Part shown: piece by piece, positions 1 through 9,472 of the stretch
Layout: each line of letters opens with the position of its first letter
Numbering within the stretch: position 1 is the first letter of the stretch
Source of the DNA: an uncultured Deferribacteres bacterium
Lineage (GTDB): Bacteria > Zhuqueibacterota > JdFR-76 > BMS3Abin05
Length of the DNA stretch: 41,753 nucleotides
Assembly: GCA_964543425.1 (NCBI GenBank)
Contig: CAZIYL010000002.1
Span: forward strand, 1-41,753
Direction of reading: 5' to 3'
Notes under the pieces: generated by a model
The model's database searches: none
What the model was told of the DNA's origin: nothing
The model's input: only the letters and a program-made list of their open reading frames with translations
Program-made: the position numbers and the translations under genes

Positions 1-325
1 TTCTTTGAGAAATTGCATTATTTTAATTTTGGATTTGTTTCAAATTTCGATAGTCGCGATTCGCAGTTGCTTTAACTTAAGATCGCCCGATGCCATCTTT
101 TCAAAAAATACGTACCGGAATTTACGAAATAGGCTGCTGTAAACATTTCAAACTTAACGGTGCTTTAATAGACGGATGGGTTACTCTCTTATGCTGCATG
201 CAGCAATTGAAAAATGTTAGCGCTACAAATTTAGGAATGTTATTCGAGCAAAAAATACAATTCGCGCATTCGCGGCTGATTCTTTTGTAAACGAAAACAA
301 AGATTAAGAAAAGGAGGCGGGAAAA

Positions 326-748
326 ATGCAAATCACGAAAGAAAAATTGCTGGCTGAATTGAACAAAGACCTGGAATGGGAATATGCTGCAGCGATTCAA
401 TATGTGCAGCACGCCGCAACCATGACAGGTGCGCAGTACGAATCCATTCAAAAGGAACTGTTGGTACACTCGCAGGAAGAAATGCAGCATGCCGTCATGT
501 TGTCCGAGCAAATTGATTATCTTGGAGGCATCCCTACAATTGATGTCGAGAAACGGGAAATTGCTTCTGACACTCTTGAAATGCTCAAGCAAGACATGAA
601 GGGTGAAGAAACCGCCATCAAACGCTACAAGGAGCGCATTGCGCAGGCAGAATCCCTCCGGGAGTACGGGCTGCGCCGTATTTTGGAGGATATTTTGATT
701 CAGGAAGAAGAACATAAAAGGGATTTACAAACCGTTGTGAGTGATTAG
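326..748 (+). CDS. Bacterioferritin-like di-iron (ferritin-like) protein, 140 aa
   Basis: AAGGAGG RBS at 311-317, ATG at 326. The ligand spacing matches bacterioferritin: E19, E52-x-x-H55 with Met53 at the Bfr heme-ligand position, E95, and E127-x-x-H130. Confidence 0.85.
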   Translation: MQITKEKLLAELNKDLEWEYAAAIQYVQHAATMTGAQYESIQKELLVHSQEEMQHAVMLSEQIDYLGGIPTIDVEKREIASDTLEMLKQDMKGEETAIKRYKERIAQAESLREYGLRRILEDILIQEEEHKRDLQTVVSD

Positions 749-767
749 AATAGGAAAATCCCCAAAA

Positions 768-1004
768 ATGAAAATCATTAGCCTGGAAGAACTGGCCACC
801 TGCGACGGTAAAAACGGCCATCCGGCTTGGGTGGCTTTTAGAGGCTTGGTCTACGATGTGACGAAGAGTTTCCTCTGGCAAAACGGAGAACATCAGGTTT
901 TGCACGGAGCCGGTCGCGATTTGACCGATGAAATGGCAAGCGCTCCTCACGGCGGGGAAATGTTTGAAGGATTTCCCATGGTGGCCGAATTGAAGAAGAA
1001 GTAG
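768..1004 (+). CDS. Cytochrome b5-like heme/steroid-binding domain protein (about 78 aa)
   Basis: ATG 768 is preferred over the ORF-track GTG 741, which overlaps the upstream stop. The pattern LEELATCDGKNG..AWVAFRGLVYDVT...W.NGEH....AGRDLT....APHG is typical of small bacterial cyt-b5/MAPR-type domains. Confidence 0.72.
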   Translation: MKIISLEELATCDGKNGHPAWVAFRGLVYDVTKSFLWQNGEHQVLHGAGRDLTDEMASAPHGGEMFEGFPMVAELKKK

Positions 1005-1087
1005 TTTTATTCACTCGAAAATGAACAATTTGCAGTTTTTGGATCGGCGGAGAGATTCGCACAAAAAAATCTCAACCCCCTTTTTAA

Positions 1088-1120
1088 ATGCCCGGTTTTA
1101 AAAATCGGGCATTTTCTTAT
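1088..1120 (+). terminator. Intrinsic terminator after the cyt-b5-like gene
   Basis: Stem atgcccg (1088-1094) pairs with cgggcat (1106-1112), followed by tttcttat. Confidence 0.5.
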
Positions 1121-1254
1121 TGTATTTTATTGATTTTATTCTAATGAGAACCATTATGATTTTCGTTTTTCTGTTTTTCTTGCTTTAGGTTTTTTTTCTA
1201 CATATCTTTAAATTTAACTGAATGGAAGATATCGTTTTAAACAATCGAAATAAT

Positions 1255-1283
1255 TTGACAGAATTAAAAAATCAAGGATAAAA
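1255..1283 (+). promoter_or_regulatory. Candidate sigma70-type promoter of the fur-family gene
   Basis: Perfect TTGACA at 1255-1260, a 16-nt spacer, then GATAAA. It lies about 25 nt upstream of the ATG at 1309. Confidence 0.4.
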
Positions 1284-1308
1284 GATTTTTAAATAGATTG
1301 AGGTTCTC

Positions 1309-1731
1309 ATGCAAACAAAGATGAAAAAGCGCTACAAACGAAGCAAGCAACGAGAGCGCATCTTGCAGTTGCTTCGTGAAACAGATACGCATCCCACTGC
1401 CGATTGGATTTACAATCACTTGAAGGAAGAATATCCGAAATTGAGTCTTGGCAATGTGTACCGAAATTTGAATATTTTGGTAGAACAGGGATTGATTCAC
1501 GAACTTAATTTTGGCAGTACATTCGATCGCTACGACGCTCGCACGGACGAACACTACCATTTTATTTGCCAGAAATGCGGCACTATTTTTGATCTGGATC
1601 TTCCCTACGATGAATCGATTAACCGAAAAGTTGAGGCCATGACGGGAGGCAAAGTCCGGTTTCACCAGACAGAATTTTACGGCATTTGCAAAGAATGTCT
1701 TGAAAAAGAAAAAAATTCCTCCGGATATTAG
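1309..1731 (+). CDS. Fur-family metalloregulator (Fur/PerR/Zur type)
   Basis: Winged-helix N-terminus (RERILQLLRE...HPTADWIY), the HYHFIC motif and two CxxC pairs (CQKC, CKEC). The size of 140 aa fits the family. Confidence 0.9.
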   Translation: MQTKMKKRYKRSKQRERILQLLRETDTHPTADWIYNHLKEEYPKLSLGNVYRNLNILVEQGLIHELNFGSTFDRYDARTDEHYHFICQKCGTIFDLDLPYDESINRKVEAMTGGKVRFHQTEFYGICKECLEKEKNSSGY

Positions 1732-1750
1732 TTTATTTTGGGATTTTGCG

Positions 1751-1790
1751 CAAAAACAGAAAGGCCGATTCGACATCGGCCTTTTTTTTG
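1751..1790. terminator. Bidirectional intrinsic terminator between the convergent fur-family and tricorn-like genes
   Basis: A 10-bp stem, aaaggccgat (1760-1769) pairing with atcggccttt (1775-1784), with loop tcgac. Eight T follow on the + strand, and a T-rich tract (tctgttttt) follows on the - strand. Confidence 0.75.
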
Positions 1791-1804
1791 ACAGTTTCAT
1801 TTAG

Positions 1805-4800
1805 TCAGCGTTTTTTCACCTCTCCCCGCAGCGTTTTAACTGCGGCTTCCAACTGCCGATCTTTGTGCACCGCAATGTCTCCGGGCTGATCCCAAACTAA
1901 AACATCCGGAATAGCTCCGTGGAGTTCCATGTCCACGCCGTTGGGCAGGGTGTACCAACCCCTGAACGGAATCCGAAAAAAGCTGCCGTCAATCAGGGAT
2001 GTTCCGCCCGTGCTAATGACTGCCCCAAACGTGGGAACGCCCACCAATTTAGCTAATTTAAGCGTCTTGATGGCGTGCGGAAAGATTTCCGCGTTGCTGT
2101 AAGAATACTGATTAATCATCACCGAGAACGGCTTCGTCCACGCGTAGAGCGGGCGTCTTCCCTGGGGGTAACCCTTTCCACCGCCCCGGGGAATAGTGTA
2201 GGCGTGGGGTTTGGTTTCCAGCATGGCCAGTATATAATCGGCCGTCCAGCCACCACCGTTGTCCCGGACGTCAATGATCATGCCGTCTTTGTGGTGCCCC
2301 TCCGCGTAGAGCAGCATTTCGAAGCGCTCCAGACTGGGCATCGACATGCCGCGCACATGAATGTAACCCAAACGGTTGTGGCTCAGCCTGTGCACTTCTG
2401 TGCGTTTTTCATTCACCCAGCGGTTGTACTCCAGATTCATAAACTTTGAATACGAAATGGGTTCTGCCACGAATTCTTTGGATTTTCCATCCGAACGTTT
2501 TACGGCTAAAATTACTTTTTCACCAATTTTCCCGTTCAGTAACTGGTAAAGGTTAGCGCCTGACGTCAGGTTTTTGCCATCCACGGCAAGCAGAATGTCT
2601 CCCGGTTTCAGGTGCACCGATTTGGAATTACAGGGACCGTCCGGTTCCACCAAAGAAATTTTGAGTCCCTTGCCCTTGTAGCCTGCGTCGTAAAACACTC
2701 CCAACATGCCGCTGCGCACGTGATTTTTGGGCGGCGGCGGGTAAATCCCCAGGTGTGAAGCATTCAATTCACCCAGCATGAGCCCGACTACATCGTTGAA
2801 ATCCTCGATGGTGGTTACGTTTTCGGACACGGGCTGATATTTGCCAAACATATTTTTCCAGTTTACACCGTGGTGGTTGGGATCGTAAAACTGCTTATCC
2901 ATGATGTCCCAGGTCTGGTTGAATTTCTGAAGCTGTTCGGCCGGATGGTTAACGGTCATTCTTGCACGGAAAGCGATCGTTTTCCCACCCTTTCCGGAGG
3001 GCACAATGGAATGAAAGGTGCCGCCTCCGCCCAAATAGTAAATTTTCTTACCATCTTTGCTGAATTGAATTTGAGAAGGCGACGCCCCGTTGTGCGAAAG
3101 TTGTTTGAGTCCCGAGCCGTCCCATTTTACCGACCAGAGGTCCTGCTTTCCGGCACTGTTGGTGGCAAATACAAAAGTCTCGCCGTCAGGAGAAATTCGG
3201 ACGCCCGTTTCGTTTCCCGGAAGTGAGGTCACCCGGCGCAGTCGCCAGAAAATATTTTTAAAGTCGATTTTCACAACCACCGGAATTTTCTTCTTGTCCT
3301 TCTTTTCCTTTTGAGCCTCTTTTTCTTCTTCCCAATCTTCCTTTGTTTTGTCGTTATCCTTTTTCTGCAGGAAGACAAACCACACGTCGAACGTGTCGCC
3401 CACGCGGCGGGAAACAAAGGCGAGTTTCCGGCCGTCTTTTGACCAAACCGGACTCAAGTCGTCATCCGGGTGTTCTGTAATATTCACGGGCGGGGCACTA
3501 CCGTCTGCCGGAAGAATGAACACATCGTGGTTGAACTCATTATCCGCACGCGAGTAGGCAATCCACTTGCTGTCCGGTGACCAGCTAAAATCGGGTGCAT
3601 CCCAGCCCTTGAGAATCCGTTTTGCGTGGCTGCCGTCCGCGTTCATAACGTAAAGATCCCCGTTGCCGTGCACGAAGGCGATTTTCTTTCCGTCCGGCGA
3701 AAACCGCGGCCGGTACTCATTCTCCTTGTCCGATGTGAGACGTACCTTTTTGAGTTTCAACGTCTTGAAAAGCGATCTCTCGCTGGTGTCCGCGGAAAAA
3801 ATCAGGTAAATATTCTGATTTCCCTCCCGGTCGGAAACAAATGCCAGTGTGTCACCGGCGGGCGACCAACTGATGTCGAAATCGAGCGCGGGATTATTTG
3901 TGAGCGCTTTGGCTTTTCCGCCCTTTTCTTTCATCACAAACACCTCACCCCGCACCACAAAGGCGATTTCCTTGTTGTCGGGAGAAACGGCAAGCTCCGT
4001 GGCTTTGGCGGAAAAGGATCTTTCCTCAATAGGATTCACCTTTACATCACTCGGAGCAAAAATACGCAATTTTCGGGGCGATTTTCCCCCGGGTTTAAGA
4101 GTGTAAAGAGCCACTCTTCGTTCGAAGGCAAGCACCGAGCCATTTCGGGCAATTCCCGGAAATCGCACCCCGTCGTCCTTGAAATGGGTCAATTGGGTCT
4201 TTCCGGAACCGTCCAGGTTCATTTTCCAGAGATTGAACGTGCCGTCTTTTTCGGACACAAAATAAATGGTTTTTGAGTCTGGGGCCCAGAGCGGGTCTTT
4301 GTCGTCTCCCTCAAATCGGGTTAGCCGGCGGTAGGCGTGTTTTTTCAAGTTGTACAGCCAGATGTCAAAATTGCCACTGCCGCGGTAGTGCTTACGCCAC
4401 CAGTTGTTTCGGCCGCGCACAAAAGCCACCCACTGCCCGTCAGGTGAAACTTTGGCCTGATCCATGTACTCTTCCACAATTCGCATGGGCGTGCCGCCCG
4501 CCAAAGCTACCCGGTATTCAGCCGGAAGCCGGTGGTAATAGAAATTCCGATTGGACGCAAAAATTAGGGATTTCCCGTCGGGCCACCAGCCGGTGAGATT
4601 GTCGCTGTTGGAAAAATAGGTAAGCTGCCGGGCCAGGCCACCCTGGGCAGGCATGACAAAAATGTCAAAATTGCCGTTTCGATTGGAAGCAAAAGCAATC
4701 TGTTTTCCATTTGGGGACCAGAGGGGCGTTTTCTCGTAGGCTTGGTGAACCGTCAGGCGGATGGCCCGCCCGCCGGAAATGGGCACCCGCCAGATATCCC

Positions 4801-4942
4801 CACGGTACGAAAAGGCGAGAGTTTTTCCGTCGGGTGAGGGCGCCGGGTAACGCGCAAAAGAAATCGGCTTTTCAATTTCTGCCATTAAAGCGACTGGCAA
4901 AAACAAAAAACACACCACCAAAACAACGAATAGTTTTTTCAT
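1805..4942 (-). CDS. Tricorn-like protease: signal peptide, PD40/TolB beta-propellers, PDZ, peptidase S41 domain (1045 aa)
   Basis: N-terminal signal peptide. Many SPDGK.IAF / WSPDG propeller repeats. PDZ (LKPGDILLAVDGKNL). C-terminal S41 region (IDVRDNGGGW, SYSNAEIF). Domain order and size match tricorn protease homologues. Confidence 0.9.
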   Translation of the reverse strand: MKKLFVVLVVCFLFLPVALMAEIEKPISFARYPAPSPDGKTLAFSYRGDIWRVPISGGRAIRLTVHQAYEKTPLWSPNGKQIAFASNRNGNFDIFVMPAQGGLARQLTYFSNSDNLTGWWPDGKSLIFASNRNFYYHRLPAEYRVALAGGTPMRIVEEYMDQAKVSPDGQWVAFVRGRNNWWRKHYRGSGNFDIWLYNLKKHAYRRLTRFEGDDKDPLWAPDSKTIYFVSEKDGTFNLWKMNLDGSGKTQLTHFKDDGVRFPGIARNGSVLAFERRVALYTLKPGGKSPRKLRIFAPSDVKVNPIEERSFSAKATELAVSPDNKEIAFVVRGEVFVMKEKGGKAKALTNNPALDFDISWSPAGDTLAFVSDREGNQNIYLIFSADTSERSLFKTLKLKKVRLTSDKENEYRPRFSPDGKKIAFVHGNGDLYVMNADGSHAKRILKGWDAPDFSWSPDSKWIAYSRADNEFNHDVFILPADGSAPPVNITEHPDDDLSPVWSKDGRKLAFVSRRVGDTFDVWFVFLQKKDNDKTKEDWEEEKEAQKEKKDKKKIPVVVKIDFKNIFWRLRRVTSLPGNETGVRISPDGETFVFATNSAGKQDLWSVKWDGSGLKQLSHNGASPSQIQFSKDGKKIYYLGGGGTFHSIVPSGKGGKTIAFRARMTVNHPAEQLQKFNQTWDIMDKQFYDPNHHGVNWKNMFGKYQPVSENVTTIEDFNDVVGLMLGELNASHLGIYPPPPKNHVRSGMLGVFYDAGYKGKGLKISLVEPDGPCNSKSVHLKPGDILLAVDGKNLTSGANLYQLLNGKIGEKVILAVKRSDGKSKEFVAEPISYSKFMNLEYNRWVNEKRTEVHRLSHNRLGYIHVRGMSMPSLERFEMLLYAEGHHKDGMIIDVRDNGGGWTADYILAMLETKPHAYTIPRGGGKGYPQGRRPLYAWTKPFSVMINQYSYSNAEIFPHAIKTLKLAKLVGVPTFGAVISTGGTSLIDGSFFRIPFRGWYTLPNGVDMELHGAIPDVLVWDQPGDIAVHKDRQLEAAVKTLRGEVKKR

Positions 4943-5212
4943 TGGAACTCCTCATGTTTTTAAGGAAAGATGAATTGTTGCTAAAATTAAATGAAGCGTT
5001 TGTCGATTTCTAAATCCGGTAAGAATCGCTACCCTTAATAATAAAACTTCTTCGGAATAATTTCAAGAGATTAATTTGATATAAAAAATTTTTAGCAAAC
5101 GAAAGGTTTTCATCCCACGGAAAGAAAAATTCCTCAGGGGAAAAGTATTTGGATTCAAATTCTATTCCCGGCAAAAATCCTTCAATTAAATCTTCAACTG
5201 GCTCTTTCTGTA

Positions 5213-5479
5213 GTGGAAATCACAAATACGGCAACCCATATTTTCGACTTGTCTTTGTCCGAATCCCAACGGGAGACTGCGATTAAATCGCTCCCTTCTT
5301 TTGAAAAAGAGGCAGAAATTTATCTCAATGATCTAAGACAAACCCTTACGCAGGGCTCCCGGTGGAAAAAATGGGACGGCTGGTACAACCCAGATCATTT
5401 CAGAGTTTTCACTCCTCCCCCACGCGCGGACGATCTCAAAAAGGCACTCAATTCCATTTGCCAAAAATTGGCACACTAG
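5213..5479 (+). CDS. Hypothetical small protein (88 aa)
   Basis: Protein-like composition. However, it has a GTG start, no visible RBS and no recognisable motif. Confidence 0.3.
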   Translation: MEITNTATHIFDLSLSESQRETAIKSLPSFEKEAEIYLNDLRQTLTQGSRWKKWDGWYNPDHFRVFTPPPRADDLKKALNSICQKLAH

Positions 5480-5654
5480 CGTGGAGTTTTCTGTTGTATC
5501 TATCGCATAAATCCAGTATATTTAATGGTTGGTATAAAAAATAGTGCGTGTTCAGCCACCAAGATGCCAGGACACAAAGATACAAACAATCTCTTGGTAT
5601 TTTTATGTTTTCGTGGCCGAAATAACGGCACCAAATTTTTTGTGGAGATTGGCC

Positions 5655-7499
5655 ATGCAAAAACCTGTTTCAAAAATTGTAATTAGCCTTGCGATTTTTA
5701 TTTCCCTGATTTTGGCAATTCCTGCTTCGGGGGCTGCCAAAGATCTCTCTATTGCGTACACGCTCTCTCTTGCGCACCCCGAAAATCACTTGTTTAAAGT
5801 AACGCTCAAAATCGAAAACAATCGGTCTCGATCCATTGAGGTAACACTTCCCGCGTGGACACCCGGGACGTACACACTCCAGGACCACGCACGAAATCTC
5901 TTCCAATTTGAGGCTTTTGCAGAAGACAGCACCCGACTACCCTCCGAGCGGGAGGATTTCGACACATGGCGGGTGCGGGCAAACAGGCACACTACCGTCG
6001 TTATTCGATACAAAATTCTGGGGCTTCTTCACGATGACGGCACCTGCTATCTGGGGTCCGACCGCGCCTACGTGAACGGGGCGTCGGTTTTCATGTACGT
6101 GGAAAGCCACAAAAATCAACCGGCCACGCTAACCGTGCGCAATTTGCCGCCGAACTGGGACATCGCCACCGGACTCACCAGCCTTCCTGAACCCAACCGC
6201 TTCAGCGCCCACGACTACGACGAACTCATCGACTGCCCCCTTTTAATGGGGCCGCTGGATTGGTTCTCTTTTAAAGTGGCGGATATCCCGCACTATCTGG
6301 CCATCTGGAATCTGAAAAACAGCAATATGCCCGTCCGGCGGGTGTTGAAGAATTTTAAAGGATTTGTGCAGCAGGTGTACCGGATGTTCGGAGAAATGGA
6401 CTACAACAAGTACGTTTTTCTGATTCAACTCGACGGCACTTTTGATGCCCTGGAACACCGAAATTCCTGCACACTCAGCTTTTACCCCTACAAGTTTGAC
6501 GATCCGCTGCAGTACGACGATTTTACCTGGGTGGGATTTCACGAGTATTTTCACAATTTCAATGTAAAGCGCATTCACCCGAATGACCTGGGGCCGTTTG
6601 ATTACAAACATCCTGTGTACACCAAACGACTCTGGATTTGTGAAGGGCTGACGGATTATTTCCCGGATGTTCTGTTTCAACGAGACGGATTCTGGAGCAA
6701 AAAACGCCTTTACCGCCAGTTGGGCGATGAAATCACGCGTTTCCAAACGCTTCCCGCCCGTCACTGGATGTCACTCGAATCGTCCAGCATTCAATTCTGG
6801 CATCTTTCGGACAACAAGTGCAATCTGGAAATTTCGTACTACAACAAGGGCGAAATTGTCGGCTGGATGCTGGACATCGAATTGCTTCGACGCAGTCAAG
6901 GGCGCCACAATCTGGCAGATGTGATGCGCTACCTCTACCACCACTACTACAAACACGGAGTAGGCTTTTCTAAAAAACTGGGCATTCAACGAGATGTGGA
7001 AGCGGTGGCGGGTGGTTCCTTTCGGAATTTTTTTGATCGCTACGTTCGGGGAACAACTGACATTCCTTACCAGAAATTCTTGCGTGTAATCGGGCTGAAA
7101 CTCATTGTCCGGCCGGACACTCTTCCTTACACCGGTATCCAGACCTTCCCGCACAAATCCATTAGCCGGGTGTACGCCTCGGCGCGGGAACTCCACAACA
7201 GCCTGGACAGTATTACAAACGTTGTAATGGGCAGCCCCGCCTGGAAGGCCGGCTTCAGCAAAGGGGACATTATTCTGGCCGTAAACGGATGGCGGATTTC
7301 CGACGGCGAATGGGAACGAATCGTCAACCGGATGCCAATCGGTTCTTCCGTGACATTTTTGCTTCAACGAGGAAACAGGGTAATCACAAAAACGGTGCGC
7401 CTGTCCAAAAGTCCTTTTAAAAATTATTCCATTGCAGAGGACGAAAGTGCTACACCTGAACAAATTCGACTGCGAGAAATTTGGCTTCAGGGGAAGTAG
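5655..7499 (+). CDS. Peptidase M61 (glycyl-aminopeptidase family) with C-terminal PDZ domain, secreted
   Basis: Start moved to ATG 5655, which gives a signal peptide (MQKPVSKIVISLAIFISLILAIPASGA). HEYFH zinc motif (HExxH). PDZ-like GDIILAVNGWRI near the C-terminus. Confidence 0.87.
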   Translation: MQKPVSKIVISLAIFISLILAIPASGAAKDLSIAYTLSLAHPENHLFKVTLKIENNRSRSIEVTLPAWTPGTYTLQDHARNLFQFEAFAEDSTRLPSEREDFDTWRVRANRHTTVVIRYKILGLLHDDGTCYLGSDRAYVNGASVFMYVESHKNQPATLTVRNLPPNWDIATGLTSLPEPNRFSAHDYDELIDCPLLMGPLDWFSFKVADIPHYLAIWNLKNSNMPVRRVLKNFKGFVQQVYRMFGEMDYNKYVFLIQLDGTFDALEHRNSCTLSFYPYKFDDPLQYDDFTWVGFHEYFHNFNVKRIHPNDLGPFDYKHPVYTKRLWICEGLTDYFPDVLFQRDGFWSKKRLYRQLGDEITRFQTLPARHWMSLESSSIQFWHLSDNKCNLEISYYNKGEIVGWMLDIELLRRSQGRHNLADVMRYLYHHYYKHGVGFSKKLGIQRDVEAVAGGSFRNFFDRYVRGTTDIPYQKFLRVIGLKLIVRPDTLPYTGIQTFPHKSISRVYASARELHNSLDSITNVVMGSPAWKAGFSKGDIILAVNGWRISDGEWERIVNRMPIGSSVTFLLQRGNRVITKTVRLSKSPFKNYSIAEDESATPEQIRLREIWLQGK

Positions 7500-7677
7500 C
7501 GCTAATTCCCGGTAATGTGCGGAGGCGGGTCGCCATTTCAAGAATTTAAATTGAAAATTTGACTTTTTATTCTTATTTTAAATTTCTACCGGAGCAACCG
7601 GAAAGATTTTCTGTTCTTGAATGACTTAAAATAAATTACACAATCTGAAAGAATGATGGCATTCGAAGGAATACTGG

Positions 7678-9471
7678 ATGAAAAAATTACTTCCTATTTT
7701 TTTGCTTCTTGCATTTTTGGGGGGATGTGCCCACACTCCTCTTCATCGGGAAATCAAAAAACCGGTTAAAATAAAAACAGCCGATTACAATCCCTACGCA
7801 TTGAGCAGTTTTATCGACGGCGTTTACGCTGATCTTTCTCAAGACTACCAGGGGGCGGCGCTAAATTACAGCGAAGCGCTTACCTGGGACTCCACATCGG
7901 CAACTATTTACGCTACACTGGGACAGGATTACATGAGGATTGGCCGCGTCCGAACAGGATTGAAGTTGATCAACAAAGCCGTTCTTTTAGAGCCAAATAA
8001 TCCCCGCTATCGGGAAATTATGGTTGCCACGTATGAGCAACTGGGAAATTTTAAGGCCGCTATTTACCACGAGCAAATTTTGCTGAAATTGCGGCCGAAT
8101 GATTTATCTGAACATTACCATTTGGCCTCTCTTTATCTTGTAACCAAGCAAAATAAAAAGGCGGATGCGGAATTCAACAAGATTTACGAATTGTCCCGGA
8201 AATCCCCCCAAACACTTCAACGAATTGCTGATTTCTATCTTCAGGCAAAGAACTACAAAAAAGTCATTCAAATTTACCAGGAACTCATTCAACGACTGCC
8301 TGCTAAAGAGGAATATTATTTGAATCTTGGTGACATCTACGAAATGAACGGAGATACCACACGGGCTGCCCAATTTCTGGAAAAGAGTCTCACTGAGCAC
8401 CCTTCTTTTTCAAAAGTTCGGCAAATGCTTTCAGATATTTACATGAATCAAAGCGAATGGCGTAAAGCGCTGACTTTGTGGCAAGTCGTTAAAGATGAGG
8501 ACCCCAAAAACATCCAACCCTATCTCCACATTTCAGAATTGTACCTTGCCCGGGGAGACACGGCCCGCGCAATTGAATTTTACCGGGAGATTCAACAGAA
8601 ATTCCCGGACGATTGGCGCCCCTACTACAATCTAGGCCGAACCTATTTGGAAAAGAAAAATTTTAAGGATGCTATTCCCAATCTCGAAAAAGCCATTCGG
8701 GCGAACAAACGGGTTCCCGAGTCCTGGCTTCTTCTGGGACTAACTTATCTTCAAAAGCAGGACAATCCCTCGGCAGAAAAGACCTTTGCCGAGGCGCTAA
8801 AAATATTTCCAAATGATCCGCGACTTAATTTCTACTACGGCGCGGTACTCAACCAAAACAAAAAATACAAAGATGCCGTTGCACCTCTCCAAAAAGTCCT
8901 TCAGCGAAATCCAAACTACGTAGATGGGCTTCGCGAGTTGGCATTTGCCTATTCCAATCTCAAAGAATACAAAAAAGCAGAGGAAACCTGCCTGAAGGCT
9001 CTGAAAGTTAATCCCAATAATTTGTCGATTATTTTAATTCTGGCATCGGTTTACGATGAAGAAAAAAAGTACGAAAAAGTGGATCAATATTATGAAAAAG
9101 CACTCCAAATCGATCCGAACAATTCGGTGGTTCTAAACAATTACGCCTACAGCCTGGCGACCCGCGGTAAAGACCTCTCCCGGGCACTGGAAATGGTGGA
9201 AAAGGCACTGGCAAAGGAACCCGACAACGGCGCCTATCTGGACACAATCGGATGGCTTTACTACAAAATGGGCAACTATAAGCAGGCTCTTAAATTCGTG
9301 AAGGCTTCCACAGAAAAACGAGAACCCAGCGCTGAAGTTCTAGAGCACCTCGGTGACATCTACAAGAAACTCGGAAACCGAAAAAAGGCCCAATTCTACT
9401 GGAAGAAGGCACTCGGACAAGACAAAACCAACGAACGCCTGCTTCAAAAACTGGCCGGGGGACAATCCTGA
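7678..9471 (+). CDS. TPR-repeat lipoprotein (597 aa)
   Basis: Lipobox LLAFLGGC, followed by more than 10 degenerate 34-residue TPR units throughout. Confidence 0.85.
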   Translation: MKKLLPIFLLLAFLGGCAHTPLHREIKKPVKIKTADYNPYALSSFIDGVYADLSQDYQGAALNYSEALTWDSTSATIYATLGQDYMRIGRVRTGLKLINKAVLLEPNNPRYREIMVATYEQLGNFKAAIYHEQILLKLRPNDLSEHYHLASLYLVTKQNKKADAEFNKIYELSRKSPQTLQRIADFYLQAKNYKKVIQIYQELIQRLPAKEEYYLNLGDIYEMNGDTTRAAQFLEKSLTEHPSFSKVRQMLSDIYMNQSEWRKALTLWQVVKDEDPKNIQPYLHISELYLARGDTARAIEFYREIQQKFPDDWRPYYNLGRTYLEKKNFKDAIPNLEKAIRANKRVPESWLLLGLTYLQKQDNPSAEKTFAEALKIFPNDPRLNFYYGAVLNQNKKYKDAVAPLQKVLQRNPNYVDGLRELAFAYSNLKEYKKAEETCLKALKVNPNNLSIILILASVYDEEKKYEKVDQYYEKALQIDPNNSVVLNNYAYSLATRGKDLSRALEMVEKALAKEPDNGAYLDTIGWLYYKMGNYKQALKFVKASTEKREPSAEVLEHLGDIYKKLGNRKKAQFYWKKALGQDKTNERLLQKLAGGQS

Positions 9472-9472
9472 C

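Noticed and set aside
122-715. 197-aa ORF on the minus strand, and the similar 90-290 + ORF
   Set aside because: It is antisense shadow of the well-supported bacterioferritin-like gene. The composition is Phe/Leu/Cys-rich and non-protein-like, and there are no motifs.
1141-1157. Fur-box-like sequence CTAATGAGAACCATTAT (about 14/17 to the classical Fur box)
   Set aside because: It lies about 100 nt upstream of the best promoter (TTGACA at 1255) in a very AT-rich spacer where such matches arise easily. The palindrome is only 5+5 bp.
1144-1310. 9-bp long-range inverted repeat atgagaacc (1144-1152) / ggttctcat (1302-1310) that would mask the fur-family start codon
   Set aside because: The left arm is probably upstream of the transcription start. 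A single 9-mer match over 160 nt is within chance expectation.
1264-1800. 178-aa minus-strand ORF opposite the fur-family gene
   Set aside because: It is a shadow ORF that runs through the bidirectional terminator. It has low-complexity, Phe-rich composition.
3626-4276. Long ORFs antisense to large genes (also 6771-7541, 11733-12410, 13244-14083, 13930-14601, 34161-34742, 37720-38220)
   Set aside because: All lie inside genes with strong family signatures on the other strand. They have Arg/Gly/Pro-rich or otherwise biased composition typical of antisense frames.
5544-5654. 5-prime extensions offered by the ORF track (5544, 9353, 16776, 21682, 28782, 741, 18147, 37762)
   Set aside because: The extensions overlap upstream genes or add non-protein-like residues ahead of clear signal peptides or conserved N-termini. 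Internal starts with better RBS spacing were chosen.
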